The translations under genes and the position numbers were made by a program. A DNA stretch of 64,000 bases from Callorhinchus milii (lineage: Eukaryota). Of the stretch, positions 1 through 14,267 are shown one piece after another; position 1 is the stretch's first letter, and each line of letters starts with the position of its first letter. The notes beneath the pieces are model-generated. The model was given only the letters and a program-made list of their open reading frames with translations. It was not told the DNA's origin and made no database searches. The stretch spans positions 24,740,001 to 24,804,000 of the forward strand of contig NW_024704742.1 in NCBI RefSeq assembly GCF_018977255.1, read 5' to 3'.

Positions 1-320
1 TCTTATAATAATAATAATCCTTGCATTTGATATAGAGATTTCACGTCTTCTAGATGTCACAAAGCGCTTCACAGAATGTACTGTAAAGTGAATTGACTGT
101 ATATTTGTGGAAGAAACGCGGCAGCGAATTGCGCACAGCAGTGTCCCACAAACAGTCGTGGATTGAAGTGACTAATTTTATTATTGTTCTTTATTTTCTT
201 GAGGGATTATTATCAGGAGTGTGGAGTAAGGAAACTTGCCCGAGGTTTCACCCTGCTGGGAATTGAACCCAGGTCTCTTGCTTGCGAGGCAAGCGCTCTA
301 AACACTGAGCTACAGGACTC
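1..320 (-). mobile_element. tRNA-headed SINE with Deu-like body and L2-type tail
   Basis: Minus strand: gagtcctgtagctcagtg (A box), gggttcaattccc (B box), gctgtgcgcaattcgctgccgcgtttc core, atcaaatgcaagg(att)n. Confidence 0.88.
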
Positions 321-2319
321 TACACTTTATTAAGTGTAGTGATCGTGTATAGTGTAGGCAAATGCACAACAGTGAAGGTAACAAATGATTGAGAAAGTAA
401 CTTTCAGACCTTTTCGATTTTCCACAAGGGGTTTGGCTCCTCTTCACATTGTGGCTGAAAGTATACATTATGTCACTGAATAGTTCTGGATTTGTCCCCG
501 TGCACCACAGCACAACTTCTCAGGATCGTTTCGTGCTACAAGCAAATATCAGAGTCAATTTAAGGGACCACTTATCCACATTGTCTTTGCCTCCAGCGGC
601 ACAGTGTTGTTATGCCAACTTATATGTAACAACAATAAAAATAAATCTATTTTCGCCGTAAATACATTTCCATTGTAATCAAGGTTTCAGACCTGACATT
701 GCCAGTACAATATGTAGGTTATCCCTGCCTCCTGCTGTAGCTTGAAGAATAAAGTTAAAGATTTCAGTAACATTTTGTCACAGATGTTTAGTTTACTGCA
801 ACCTTCATAAATAGAATATTTTATAGTGGCCAACAATGTGGTTTGATAAGTGGTTTTGTTCATGGAGTGACCAAGTTCCGAGTGAGTTACGCAAGTCTCC
901 AACATGATTGAATGATCATGGCATTCAATAACTCCAACCCTTGTGTGCTGCACTTTGGTTGTACAATGCATACATACGTACGACTTTTGTGAGGTACAGT
1001 TAAAAATTAAATGGAAATCTCTGGGTTATTGATGGAGTTTTGGAACACCATGGTGATCTTTTGTTGTGAGGTGTGGTATAGTATGTGGTAGCTTCATCAC
1101 TCACAGCTTGCCTGGCTGGTTTTGAATGTAAAGCGGTTTATCATAAATTGTACAAGGAGACATTGTCCGTAAAAATAAAACATGAGCGAGCCAGAACACC
1201 ACACGATACATGGTTGATAGCCCCCTTATGTGGTTACAGAATTTATTCCACATGCGTGAAAATAAACTGTAAAGGAGGCTTTCAATGGACGCACAATAAA
1301 GGTACTTAAAAACTTCTAAATAGAATCAAACTCCCCCTTTGGTGCACACCATCTCATAGTTTCTTCTTCAATGATAAGGAGATGATATTACATGTACAGT
1401 GATAGTAATGACTGCTCTGAAGCATTGTGCCACATTGTCATGCCCCACTTAAAACCCGAACTCAACTAATGATATATTACGTTGTCTTTCAGCTTCAATT
1501 ATTGCTCAAAAGAGTCATAACCATTTTTTGTGTGATTGGAATAGTGGCCACTAAGCTTTCTACTGTTATGATTATTGGCATTTGATACAGCTACAGCACC
1601 TATAACAGTGAAACATCTCAAAGTGTTTCACAGATAATTGCTGTCAAGTGTAGTGCTAGTGTATTTAAAGGAAAGCACTAAAGCAAAATGGTGCACAGCA
1701 GGTCACATCACACTCGTAAACGAGAAGAGTTTCTCCCGGTGTCTTGGCCAACAGGCCCCCAAATAAAATTGGTCATGGCTGATCATAGGACATTGCTGTG
1801 TGCAGTTACCTACAAAATACACATCCCCTGCACTTTACAGTACATCCTGTGAAGGATTTTGGGCCATCCTCCCAACATTATTATTATTATAATGAAAGGA
1901 ATTATTATTATAATTAAAGGAAGACTCCTCCCAAGCTTTGCGACCATAACCGCCCCCTCCTCCCCCCCCCCACCCTACCTCCACCCCAACTCCAACATAC
2001 ACAGAAATGCCAGAGAAAACAAAAGTGAGGAATGTTGCACCAATTGCTTTACTGCAGAAACAGATTTGTGACTGAAATGGCTTTGTGACTGAGAAGCATT
2101 ATTTGGGGCTCTCAGCTGCTCCTGTGCATTATGATTTTCAGTATTTTGTGATAGGAATTGTAGCGATGAATGTCAAGACTTGATGTGAGGTAACTGCCAG
2201 ATGTAAAAGTCAAGAGAATTTCATATATTTCTGTAAATTAATTGTAACTTTTATTGGGGGGTTGAGGGGGGAGAGGGAAATCATCTTTGTTTTGTTCTTT
2301 TTTGAAATACTTTTTGGGG

Positions 2320-3380
2320 TCTGCCAGGTGTCTGACACATGCAGAAATCCATCACCGTGCTTAAGAGTATCCAAACCAGACTGTGAGTTCCACATATGTA
2401 TGCCATCTACACGTGGCAATTGTGTCTGGAATGGAATGCACACTCTCTCCCTGGAGGGGCACATCCTGCTTACCTAATTCTGGAAAATATTAGGCGCAGA
2501 ATGGCAAGAGCCAAGGCTTGGGGGCCTCAGAGTATGCATTGGGGTACTGCTGGAGTTTAACCAGCTAAAACCACATAGCTTGTCATTGAAAGCACTGTCT
2601 GGCAAGCTTCCCATTGAGTATCCAGCTATCCATTATGGCTTTGGCTTGCACGGTTAACAGGAATGAAGTGTCCTCAGTCCTCAGTCTGTCCCTCCAAATT
2701 TTGCTGATGAGCCCAGGCTCGTTGATCTGTAATCGATAATGCTTTGGAGTCTGTGGACCTGCCTGGCACAGGAATCGGCCGACTGAGACTGCCACAGAGG
2801 ATTGACTCGATTTTAATACTCCGCTGCAGGAATATCACCCGGGGGTCAGCTCATTAACTCAGCCTCAATGAGACCTCCCCTCCCCCTCACGGAAGATTGT
2901 CATTAGTTGTTCAGTTAACATCTGACAAGTGCAGGTTTGAGCTGTCGCTATGTAGATAAAATGTTCAGAAACTCCCTGCGAGCTTCTTGGTGAGCAGCAC
3001 AACTGATCATGAAATGTGTGAGAGAATTGCCACCATCTTCCTGCCCACAGCTCAAATACCGTGAGTGATGGTTCCACTAGTTAGAAGTGTGGAGCTTGAA
3101 TAGAAACTGCTTACCTCTCTCCGCACAAAAAGCAAGGTGAACACCAAACCCTGGATATATGAGCATGTTCACGAACCTGGGCTCCAGATAACACTTTCCA
3201 CCAGCTGTCGTCCCAAATCTCAGAGTTTCCTCATCATTTCTTTGATGGATATTTGCCTTCTGTTTAGTGGAAGGACCTTTACAGGACAAATTGTAATATG
3301 CCAGCCATCAAGATGTTCTAGTGGTCCAAGTACAATTCTTGCCAGACTTATTCAGCACCAGCTAATAAATCCAGGTCCTT
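2320..3380. repeat. Unclassified old dispersed repeat, copy 1
   Basis: 2744-3380 is colinear with parts of 26680-27430; 2320-2550 matches 24300-24375 directly and 26885-27045 and 17050-17190 inversely. Confidence 0.7.
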
Positions 3381-4376
3381 GTGTGAGGTTTTTTTTTTGC
3401 AGTTCTTAGAATCCTTCAACCCAAGGCAACAACAAGTGACTAGAAATTCACTTCTGCACGGAATTGACTTAATGAGTTGTGATTCTTGGAAATTAGGTAT
3501 TCTCATTTTAATTGCACACAGGTCAGTATGCAAAGATTTAAGTAGACCAACACTACATGTTACATGGCTACTGTAAGGTTAATATGGCACAAGGAGACAC
3601 TGTAAAGCCATTTGGTCCATGGTACCTGTGGTGGTCAACCAAATCGATCAGCTCCAAATCCATTTCTTTGCTCTTGTCCTGCACCCTTTAATATTAATTT
3701 TCTTCACTTATGTATCCCGTTCCTTATTAAATGTCGAATGGATCTTTGTTTGGATTTGTGTTGGCAGTACATTAAAATCCTTCAATGTAAAAGATCAATG
3801 GGAAATTGGAGATTCCCCCATCCGGCAAGGAATTAACATCCACAGAGAAGGAATTTCCGTTGGAAGGGAGAATATGGAAGGAATGTGTGGTGGGGGCGGG
3901 GATGGGGTTAGACTATTGTGGTAGATTATTGGTGTGTACACTGTTAAGACTGTCTAACTGGAATATACTCAGTTGATCCATTTCCCTCTGTACTTTGGCC
4001 AGTGGTTTAATCATGTCCAACCAGCAGAGATTTGCTCTCATCTTTTTAATGCACAAAATCTCCAGTTAAAATTTATCCATAGTGCCCCTTTGAACTGTGC
4101 TCCTCCTTCCCCACTACCACAAACCTAACACTGAAAGGTTCACAATACCAGCTCTGTCGGTACAGAAGATCCATAGCTATTTGGAATAAAATGTTAAATT
4201 GACACATATGTAAGTTCAAGACTTATTTTTATTTGACTTACAGACTAACTGTGGGATTTGCAAAATACAATTCAAAATACAAGCAGAAATCTTCTGTCTC
4301 TGACAGGTTGTATTACAATTTTAGAGCAGATTAGGAAAGCTCAGAAACAGACCTTTTGTGATCCAGTAAAAAAAGC

Positions 4377-4648
4377 AACAACTACAATAAAATTACATTT
4401 GTATAGTGCCTTTCACGTCGGAAGGACGTCCCAAGGCGCTGGACAGACAGAGTTTCGGACCGAAGCTGGGGGTTGGGATTGGGGAGGGTAGAGGGTAGGG
4501 AGGGAAGCAGGGAGATTGAAAGCACAGTCGAAGAGGAGGATCTTGAGATAGGTCTTGAGGAGGCAAGGGAGGGGGCAAGGCGGAGGGATTGTGGGATGGA
4601 GTTCCAGAGGGTGGGGATAGAGTGGCAGAAGGCCCGCACGCCAATACT
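4377..4648 (-). mobile_element. L2 LINE 3' fragment
   Basis: RAFCHSIPTLWNSIPQSLRLAPSL on minus strand; tail gggacgtc..gacgtgaaaggcactatacaaat plus (TTG)-like end. Confidence 0.8.
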
Positions 4649-7526
4649 GCAGTTATTCTCCAAGCACAAAAGATAAGCATTACATTTGAGAACATCTAGC
4701 TGAATATATGTACTGTGTGTGTATGTATGTACCCATGGCTATCACATCCAGCTACAAATATACAGTCACTACACTTGACAACAATTTCCTGTAAAGTGCT
4801 TTGAGATGTTTCAACATTATAGGCCCTGTATAAAAAGCAAGGATTCTTCTTATTATATATTTCAAATGCATTCAAAAAGTCTTCACATTTTTGTTTTGGT
4901 CCCTTCATTGCAGGGTTGAGTTGGATCTTAGCTGATTGTTGTAATATAACAATGGACAAAATACACTTGTTCTGCACGTGTTATGATGTTGCGTTGGATA
5001 TACAGAGCAGACATATAAAAGCTGTATTAAAATCTGACAGCTCTTGGGGGACTGTTTGGGTGAGCCAAAATTTGCAACTGACACCAAACTTGCCAGCAGT
5101 ATCTTCCCATAGCCTACGTAACATCCTGTGTTAAACGATCTGCTGGATGCCAAGGGATTCTGTTATTCACTGTTGGTGATGAAAAGCTCTGTGGTTGCTC
5201 AGTGATGTGCCAGGATACCTTACACGCTTAAATAAGTGTTTAAAGGCGTCAAACTCATCGTTAGTCGGTAATAAAGTTAATATACTAGTGAATGCAGAAC
5301 TTGCAATGTAATATGTTTAAATAAGGGGACTCCTATGGGACAGTGATACTTCATTGCTAAGTTCCCAGATGTGGTTTCTGTGTCTGAGCTTTACGTTGGT
5401 TGTGTTGCCTGTAAACAATTATAAGCAAGTATAGTATTCTTTGCTGTCTATGGAGTATTTAGTTGAAGCTGAGCTGTATACACTAAAACACTAGCTGGCC
5501 GGAGTAATGGGCAGGGGGGGGGTTTAGATCTGGAAAGGGTGAGCCAGAATTTCTGGATAAGTGTAATTTACAATGCCGGTACCAGCATTGTAATTGTTTG
5601 AATCCTGCGAGCAAAAGATAGTGATTAAGCCATCTCTGTTCACGGGATTCAAACTGAGTCAACATTAATATCCCTGGTCACTGAAACCGTGAAAGCACAG
5701 GGAGAGGGGAAGGGGGGAGGTGGGGAGCGATCTAGAGAGTGGGCTGGTATGAATCAACACACGCGCAGACCAGCAGATTTTTTAAAAAAAAAATCAGTTT
5801 TGGACTCGGTCCAGCTAGGTATGAATTCCGGATACCCGGAGTCTGGTAACCCCGGGGGTTACTGTATATGAGCTGTCAGTTTGACACAACTCACAGGCAT
5901 TTGACTGTTGGGAAAACACTGACAGCCAGAAACCAACCTGCTCACTGTTTCTCCCACAGCTGTTATTACCTCCAATGCAGCGCAGATCACTGCTGTGCTA
6001 GTGAAATGCTATTATACACTGATTGGCCAAGGCGGACAAAAAGACTGCTCGTGTAGGTAACTGGAATATTTATATCAGTATATCTAAATCAAGACTGTTT
6101 CTTTCACAAATGTTATTCAACAACAACAGCTTGCACTTATATCATACCCTCTACTCAGGTTAGAGCTACTCAGTTGTGATGGTTCAATTCTTATCAGTAA
6201 AAACTTTCAGAGACACAGTTTCCTACACTGTTAAATTCTCTACACAACAGAACTTTTCATTTCACTCATGCTCAGGACATGTGTGATGTTGGCAAGGCCA
6301 TCATTTGTTGCCCATCCCTGGCATTCCCCGGGGTGGGAGGGAGGGGGCTGGGGGCTGATGGGGTATTCTCTTTAAACTATTGTAGTGATGGTGCTCTTAT
6401 GATGGTGGTAGGGAGATCCAGACTTTAAACCCAGTGACAATGAAGGATCAATATGAGCGCGGAGTGACATTAATCTGATTATTTTACGATCGTCCTGGCT
6501 TTGTTTCAAGGAATTTAAAGCTATAGTTTCAAATATCATTGCATTTTGGGAAGTCATTAAAATATGTTGTTGTACTGTAGCTGCTATGAGGCTCGTTTGG
6601 GTTACATACAGTATTCATATTGGTTTTTAGAAATACATTTGTAAGCTTCATTGAGGGGAATGTGGAAACCTGTCTAGATACATTGCAACTGTAGAATCAA
6701 TTTCCTTGTTGCTGGATCTTGCAGTCTAGACATTTGTATAGTCTTAATTTTTCAGTAATAACTTCAATGGAAATAATTTGCTCGAAGTAGTACAATGAAT
6801 GAATATGAATGTGTCTTGATGGTCTAATCTGAGCAATAGCCGATGACTTTTGAAAGCCCCAAGTGCTCCAAAAGATTTCAGATAAACAGCGTTATTTCTC
6901 TTGCCCCTGTAAGCAATGCTCTATTCACCTCAATAATGAAAAGTTTTACTGTGACCCAAGTGCTGACTTTCCTTCGGAAAAAGGTACAAAATCCAGTTCT
7001 TGCTGCCATTTCACTGCTCTTTCTCCATACATCACAAGGCACAGGGGTATCATTATTACACATGTGGACCTGTGATTAATAGTTCAGATTAATTCATATA
7101 TTTTTTCTCTAAGTGAAGCAGTGCAAAGTTGAGTAATGTTGCTTTTTCTGAAACATAGAGTTTAATCGTGTCTCGGGATGACATATACTGCCTGAGTGTA
7201 AAAATATTTAATTCAAAATCCTCTTTTTATAGATTGGTCTTTCTACTTAAACTGATTATATCATGTTGAAAGAGCAAAAATAAGATATTTTTAGGTGATA
7301 TGAATCTACTCACCCATTATAGTTTACTGAGAGAAGTAGTGAGGTTCAAGATTAAAGGCTCTTCGGAATATAAAATAAAGGCTAGAGATATATTTATGCA
7401 ATGGATGTTACAATATTTGTTCTGGAGTAAAGGAGTAAGGAGGAGTAAACATAGCTGTTTTGGTAGGGACTGAAATAGGAATACATTTGAATAATTGGCA
7501 TAGTATTTACGAAAATCTGAGATGGA

Positions 7527-7905
7527 GAATCATAGAATCTTACAGCGCAGAAGGAGGCCATTCAGCCCATCATTCCTGTGCTGGCTCTTTGAAAGAGCTA
7601 TACAATTAGTCCCACTTGCCCACTCTTTCCCCATTGCCTTGAAATTTTTTCCTTTTCAAGTGTATATACAATTCCCTTTTGAAAGTTATTATTGAATCTG
7701 CTTCCACCACCTTTTCGGGCAGTGCATTCCAGATTGTAACAAGTTGCTGCATAAAAAAATTCTCCTCATCTCCCCTCTGGTTCTTTTGCCAATTATCTTA
7801 AATCTGTGTCTCTGGATACCGACCCACCCACCAGTGGAAACAATTTCTCCTTATTTACTGTATTAAAAACCCTCATAATTTTGAACATCTCTATTAAATC
7901 TAATT
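7527..7905 (-). mobile_element. CR1 LINE 3' end fragment
   Basis: agaatcatagaatc...aggaggccattcagcccatc and gtgcattccagatt, the reverse complement of a CR1 3' UTR and ORF2 end. Confidence 0.75.
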
Positions 7906-8179
7906 ATTATTAGAATCTATTCACCTCTTTCTGTAATCTTTTCCTGATACTTTTTTTGTCCTTGCCTTTGGTGATAACATTTTATTTTGTTTGATTACCT
8001 TGAAGTGTGAACAAGGATTGAGGCTTGATTTTATAGAATGGGAGATTGTGATTTCATTCCACAGAGTGGGGGTTGCAATTTTATTCAGTATATTGAAAAG
8101 GAGATTTTACCTTGTAGATTAGGGGGATTGTGAATTCCATAGAGTAGGAATTGTGATTTTTCTCTGTAGACTAGGAATT

Positions 8180-8445
8180 GAGTCTCAGCCTGGCTCAGTT
8201 GGTAACACTCTTATCACTAGGTCAGAAAGTTATGGGTTCAAAACCTACTGTGGGACTTGTAAAGTCTGGGCTGATACTCCAATGCAGTGCTGTGAGTGTG
8301 CTACAATGATGGAGGTGCTGTCCTTTGGATGCAATGTTAAAATGCCTGTTCAGATGAATGTTAAAACATCCCATGGCACTATTCAAAAAGAGAAGGAAGA
8401 TTATCCTGGTGTCCTGCAACCAACAATCCTCCAAATAAAAGTAAT
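8180..8445 (+). mobile_element. Older Deu-domain SINE, 5' part
   Basis: ggctcagttggtaacactctt...gggttcaaaacc...gctgatactccaatgcagtg...aaacatcccatggcactatt. Confidence 0.68.
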
Positions 8446-9284
8446 CATTGTTTTGATCATGTTGATTTTATTCTACAGAGGAGGGATACTGATCTTACTC
8501 TGTAAATTGGGAGATTGAAGGTCAAGCTACTCAGAAAAGTGAGGACAGAGATTCAATTTACAGTGTGAAGGCTAAAATCTAGTTCAGCTGAAGTTGTGGA
8601 TTCTGTTGGATACTCAGTTTACCGTGGAAATGAGGAGACAGAGTTCCAATTTGATTTAAAGACTAGCAGATTAGACCTAAAAACCCACTGCTGGTGAAAC
8701 AGCAGCAAATTAGCTTCTGTTACCTTGAGCTGCCAGCTTCCATTGTGCCCCGGCTCTGCCACCCATCACTGACACCTTCTTTAATGGAACGGCTCATGTA
8801 AGTCAGACTATTGCACTTAGAAGTGGAAACAAAACACAAGCAGGCATTTTCTACTCACATAAAATAAGGAAAAACATTATTCAGCTTTAAGCCAGGGCTT
8901 TGTCCCAAAGGGAGCAGAGAAAAACTGATGCATAAAAAAGAGCTGGCACAGCTGAGGTGCTACTTTTCCAAACTACTTATTAACAATACAGACTGCTTGT
9001 CATTACTTTCCTCATGTAAACTGTAGAGACAAATCATGTCACTGCTGAAAAACAGTCATCCACCAAACTAAACTAAGTCTCCCTACTTTTTGTTTCCAAA
9101 TAGAAGTTGCTTGCGATAAACTAAATGCAGTCGTTGGGCTTGTTTCTATTCAGATAAAAAATCCTGCTCCTAAATGCGGGCTGTTATTATCACTGTTTTC
9201 CTGTACCACCCACGATTGTATAAATAATGATAATCTTTGCCTTATCACATCGTTGAGTCGCCTTATAGCACTTCACAGAGTAAT

Positions 9285-9540
9285 AATAATAATAATGATC
9301 CTTGAATTAAGCATTCAAGATATAGTGCTTTACACGTCTTCTAGATGCCTCAAAGTGCTTCACAGAATATACTGTAAAGTGAATTGACTATATTTTCTGG
9401 GCAAAACGTGGCAGCCAATTCTGCACAGCAGAGTTCCACAAACAGTCGTGGATTGAGTGACCAAATTATTATTGTTTTCATGTATTTTTTTTCAGAACCC
9501 CCAGAAAGTGATCCGCCAATCGACTAATAGTGATAATGTT
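9285..9540 (-). mobile_element. Partial SINE, same family
   Basis: cacagaatatactgtaaagtgaattgact...cacaaacagtcgtggattga. Confidence 0.8.
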
Positions 9541-10989
9541 TGGTTGTTTTTTGGCATTTTAATGTGGGTAAGGTTCTTGAAACAAAAAATTTGCTCGGCT
9601 CCTGAGATTTTAATTACTTTTCTCTGCATGTTTTTTGTGGGGCAATTTCCAAATTAACAATGACACCAATTATGATCAGCACAGACCTGCAAAAGCTCTT
9701 CCACACTTCATATAAAATTAAACCACTGAGAAGAATAATGGATATTACACAGCTTTCAAATTGCGTGCCCCTCAGAAAAAGGCGTTTTGACTGGTTTGTG
9801 GAAATGAGTTGCCTGCCTTCAGCTTCCATCAAGTTGCAAGCAATGGAGAGGTTCAGAAAGACATCCCAGCTCAGTCAATTTGCCACTTACAGGGGTTATA
9901 CAGTGTACAGCATTAAATAGGCTTCTTGTGAGAAACTCAATGAACAATGCATTGGAATGCAGCAAATAATGGCTATAAATGTAGCTGTATAACAGAAATT
10001 GGCATGTAAACATCCACAACTAAACATTACTAATAAACAAAGATTTATTCGGTCAATATTTGATCATTAATAATAAGAACTTGCATTTATATAGCACCTA
10101 AAGTAAAAATAAACATCTCAACAAGATTTGCAAAATGTAATTGATTTGAAATGAAGTGAATGTTGTTACATAAGCAAAAGCGGTAGCTAATTTGCTCCAG
10201 CAAGTCCCATAAACAACAGAGAATAATTGTAAAATATCAAAAATTAACAAGCCGTATGTGGATCTAACTGTAATTTATATAAAATAGAAACAAATGTGGG
10301 AAACAAGAGCTTGTGTGTAACAGTAAATCCACTAACCAACTTAAGTGAAACAGCTCTTACGTCTCTGTTTCTGACTTGTGCTATGTTTTAACCAGTTCAG
10401 GTGGGCAGCATGTTTCACTAGGAAATCCTTTAACATGAAGTACACTGGAGTTAATGAAATGCTAAGACATTGTATGAGAGACCTACAGAGTGATGTTATT
10501 GCATTCAAGAGTTTAATCGTATCTAAACCATAGAATAATGGATACCTCGGTAATGAATGAGTTATAAGTTATAAGGCTATCAAAGCCAAAGCTGAAATCC
10601 CATCTGAATTCCAAAAGAGAAAAATTACACTCAAAAAACGTACATTTGTATAATATATACTTGTGTGATTATTCATATTGAAATATAGCAAGTCAATTTT
10701 CAATGGGGGCCATCAGACATTCAGAAGAAAGATTGACAAACGAAAGATTTAGTGCCTGGCTTAGTGCAAATAGTTAAGTGCAATATCTTATTTTTGCGAT
10801 CTTTTAAAAATGTCAAGCAAGAATCACAAAACATAACATAGTAATAGATAATAGATTAAAACTGCTGAGAATGCTTGGTCTGAAAAAAGCTTTGTGCAAT
10901 GTACTATTGTAGTTATTTTACTGAAAATTAACCGGTAATAGCAGGAGTAGTCTAAATTACTGTATACAGAACAATTGATATTAATCCGT

Positions 10990-11550
10990 GCATTCAATAT
11001 AGTGCCTTATCACAGCATTGAGACGTATCAAAGTTCTTCACAGTCTATATTCTAAAGTTCAATGGCTACGTATTTGTGGATGAACGTAGCAGCCAATTTG
11101 GCACAAAGCAATGGCCCAAAGCAGCCATGGAGTGAGAGATCAATTTTATTTGGGGGATTGTTGCCCAGGACAAGAGAAACTCCCTTTTCTTTTCGAATAA
11201 TGCCATGGGATCTTTAATGTTCAACTGAATAGGCAGACAGCACTTCACATAGTCTAAGATGACAATCCAATGTAGTGCTGGTGGTGCCATCCTTCAGACG
11301 AGATGTTGAACCAGGATCCCATCTGCCTGTTCACCCGGGCATTAAAGATTCCATGCGATTATTTGGAAAGTGAGGGCCAATAATCCCTCAAATAAAATTG
11401 ATCAATCACTCATGGCTTTTTGTGATATACTTGTACACAAATTGGCCACTTTGTTTGCCTACAAAACATTGTAAATAGTCACTAAACTTTACAGTATATC
11501 CTGTGAAGCGCTTGGAGATGACCTCCTGATGTGAAATATCAAATGTAAGT
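10990..11550. mobile_element. Two Deu-type SINE fragments joined back to back
   Basis: 10990-11250 reads as a minus-strand tail and body; 11255-11550 as a plus-strand body and tail. Confidence 0.55.
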
Positions 11551-11551
11551 G

Positions 11552-12005
11552 CAGTCAAACCTGTTTCCAGCAACCACTCTATTTATATGCCTGGACCAAC
11601 GTGGCCTTTATGTAAAGGTGGCCTCTGAGCAAGGGTCCTGTTGGTGTGTATAGAATTTCTAAATGTATAGAAAAATGCAGTGCACATATGAACCCATAAA
11701 TCAAATTAGTTTTAAAAGTAACAAATAATTACAAAATACAAATTGTTACTGTTCCCCGCAGGCCAAAACTTCTACAGGCCCACAGGTAAACTCCCGCTAG
11801 ACTCCTAGTGCATACTACTCTGATCATATGCTGAGCACCCACAGGACCAGATCTGGCCCCTGAAAAGGGTGTCAGTACATTGACAGGGCTAAAAAACAGT
11901 GCAATAGAGGTGGCTTGTATGGGAAATCGATCGGGACTGTTCCAGGGTGGTTGTTGACAGCAAGTGGTTGCTGAATAGAGGAGGTTGCTTCAACAGGTTT
12001 GACTG
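11552..12005. mobile_element. pogo/Tigger-like MITE
   Basis: Terminal inverted repeats cagtcaaacctgtt / aacaggtttgactg extending imperfectly to about 30 bp; TA flanks not preserved. Confidence 0.7.
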
Positions 12006-12994
12006 TTACTTATCAAAATAAAGTTGTCTTGGATTAAAAGCAGGCTGACACTGACAGTTTGGAGTACACAATCAAATGCTGAATTAATCCTAAAGGAGGA
12101 ACAGACCTCAATAGGTCAAGTGTCCTCGTCAGACTCATCAGACCAGCAACAGCTCAAAGTTACCCTTTCCTCTGGGATGTAAAACACAATATTTATTGAC
12201 CGGAGTTGCAAATAGAGACTCCAAATTGCAATTTGCAATTAATGATCCTTGTTGGTAACTGGAACTGTGTCTGCCAGACTGTGGGAACTCAGCTCCACTC
12301 CAACACAATCTAATTCCACAGCAAATCTCTCACAGCTTTGACTAATTTCCAGTCACCAGTAGGAGTTGTTATTTCAGACTCTTGTTAACGAATATTGCTA
12401 TTTAAGACCCCACCCCCCACCCCTTTAAGCCAGATATGACACCATCACCATCAGTCAAAAGCGGTAACTCTCAGGAAGTTATCACAACTGTTATCACAGA
12501 ATTCTTGAAGTGCACAGAGTAGCGAATGTGAACTACTTCACACATTTTTAAAAAATATATTGTGAAAGGCATAAAATTACTTCCCAGGACTATTCTTGCA
12601 AGGATTTGTTACCTCAGGCTAACTGCTTTTGCACCTATAATCCATCATGCAGTGTATCTGACTGATTTATCGGGAGATTTAGACAGCATTGTCTAGGAGA
12701 TATGTTATTGCTAGTTCCAAGTAGCCTGATTGATCCAATGCCCAAAACCCTTTTAATGTATGCACAGCGGACTAAGTATAAGAAATGAAATCTCGGTAGT
12801 CTGATGCTTCTCAGTTACTGCTGTTACTTTCAAGACTGAACAGTCATTTGGCATGGATTTACCCACACTCAATATTCCTGTGAGAGTTTGAATGAAGCTT
12901 GTAGGACCTTACCCAAACATAATGCAGTGAATACTCAACGTGTGCTGCATCCCATGTTTTATCTCTGTTATGGTTAACATTTGGATTTCATTGG

Positions 12995-13040
12995 CTATAT
13001 ACTGTGTATATATATATATACATATATGTTCTATATATAT
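12995..13040. repeat. Imperfect (TA)n microsatellite
   Basis: tatatactgtgtatatatatatatacatatatgttctatatatat. Confidence 0.8.
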
Positions 13041-13159
13041 TCCCAGCAGGGTGAAATCTTGGGAAAATTTCCTTACTCCACCCGCCTAATAATAATCCCT
13101 CAAGAAAAAACATAAATAAATTGTTCACTTCAATCCACAACTGTTTGTGGGACATTGTG

Positions 13160-13482
13160 AGTCCTGTAGCTCAGTGGTTAGAGCACTCGCTTTGCAAGTG
13201 AGAGACCTGAGTTCAATTCCAGGCAGAGGGCGAAACCTTGGGCAAGTTTCCTTACTCCACACAGAGCTTAATCATAATCCCTCCAAAACCAAAAACAATA
13301 ATAAATTGGTAATTTTCAATCTACGACTGTTTGTGGGACATTGCTGTGCGCAATTGTCTGCTGCGTTCGCCCACAAATATACAGTCAATTCACTTTACAG
13401 TGTGTTCTGTGAAGCGCTTTGGGACGTCCTCCCAACATGAAAAGCGCTATATCAAATGCAAAGATTATTATTATTATTATTA
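13160..13482 (+). mobile_element. Full-length SINE of the same family, nested in an older copy (13040-13159 and 13483-13560)
   Basis: tRNA-Ala-like head (tagctcagtgg, TGC loop, gagttcaattcc), body, tail and (TTA)n; flanked by partial body upstream and a second tail downstream. Confidence 0.9.
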
Positions 13483-14267
13483 TTCTGTGAAGCGCTTTGA
13501 GACGTCTAGAAGATGTGAAAAGCGCTATATCAAATGCAAGGATTATTATTATTATTATTACTGCAATCCCTCAGATAAATGGTAGAAAGCAGACTTATGT
13601 TCTTCAGGGAGAGGGGGAATTTTGCCTCTATTCTTCCATCCTCTACAGATTTGGGGTTTAATTATTTATCTGATGCGATAAGTAAATGTGATCATCTCTG
13701 AATGAACTTTGCTCTACTGATTGTTCTGCACTGCTATAAGTTTATTCTATTATTTTCCAGAACCTTGTGGTGCACACTCTTCAAAATAACCCACTGCTTG
13801 AAGCACTTTGAGACACTTTGAGGTGAAAAGACATTCTATCAAATGCAAGTATTAGCTCTGTAATGTACAATAACAACATGTTTAATGCCACATGTGCACG
13901 TCAAGGAAGTGAGTCTGCAAGCATGGAGCTCTGTTAGCCTTTCCCTCAATTTAAATGGCAGCAACCAAAATAAATCAGATGACCTTTGAGCACCACTTAT
14001 TCAGAATTGGAGCCAGAGCTAGTATTTAAAGTAGTATCATAAGGAATGACAAAAACATTTTGGGGGGAACATTTTGCATTATATGCAAGTATATAAAAAA
14101 ATCAGAACAACTGAAATCATAGGTAAACATTTGAACATTAACCAGCCACATTTTACATCAACATTCCTGCCTCATATTCCCAGATTCACTCGGAATTACA
14201 GAGACACTTAAGAGTCATTTTTTAACCTCAATGTACCAATAGGAAGTTATAATTAGAAACAAGGGGA

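Noticed and set aside
13160..13232. Apparent tRNA-Ala gene
   Set aside because: Acceptor stem does not pair and the sequence runs straight into SINE body; it is a SINE head
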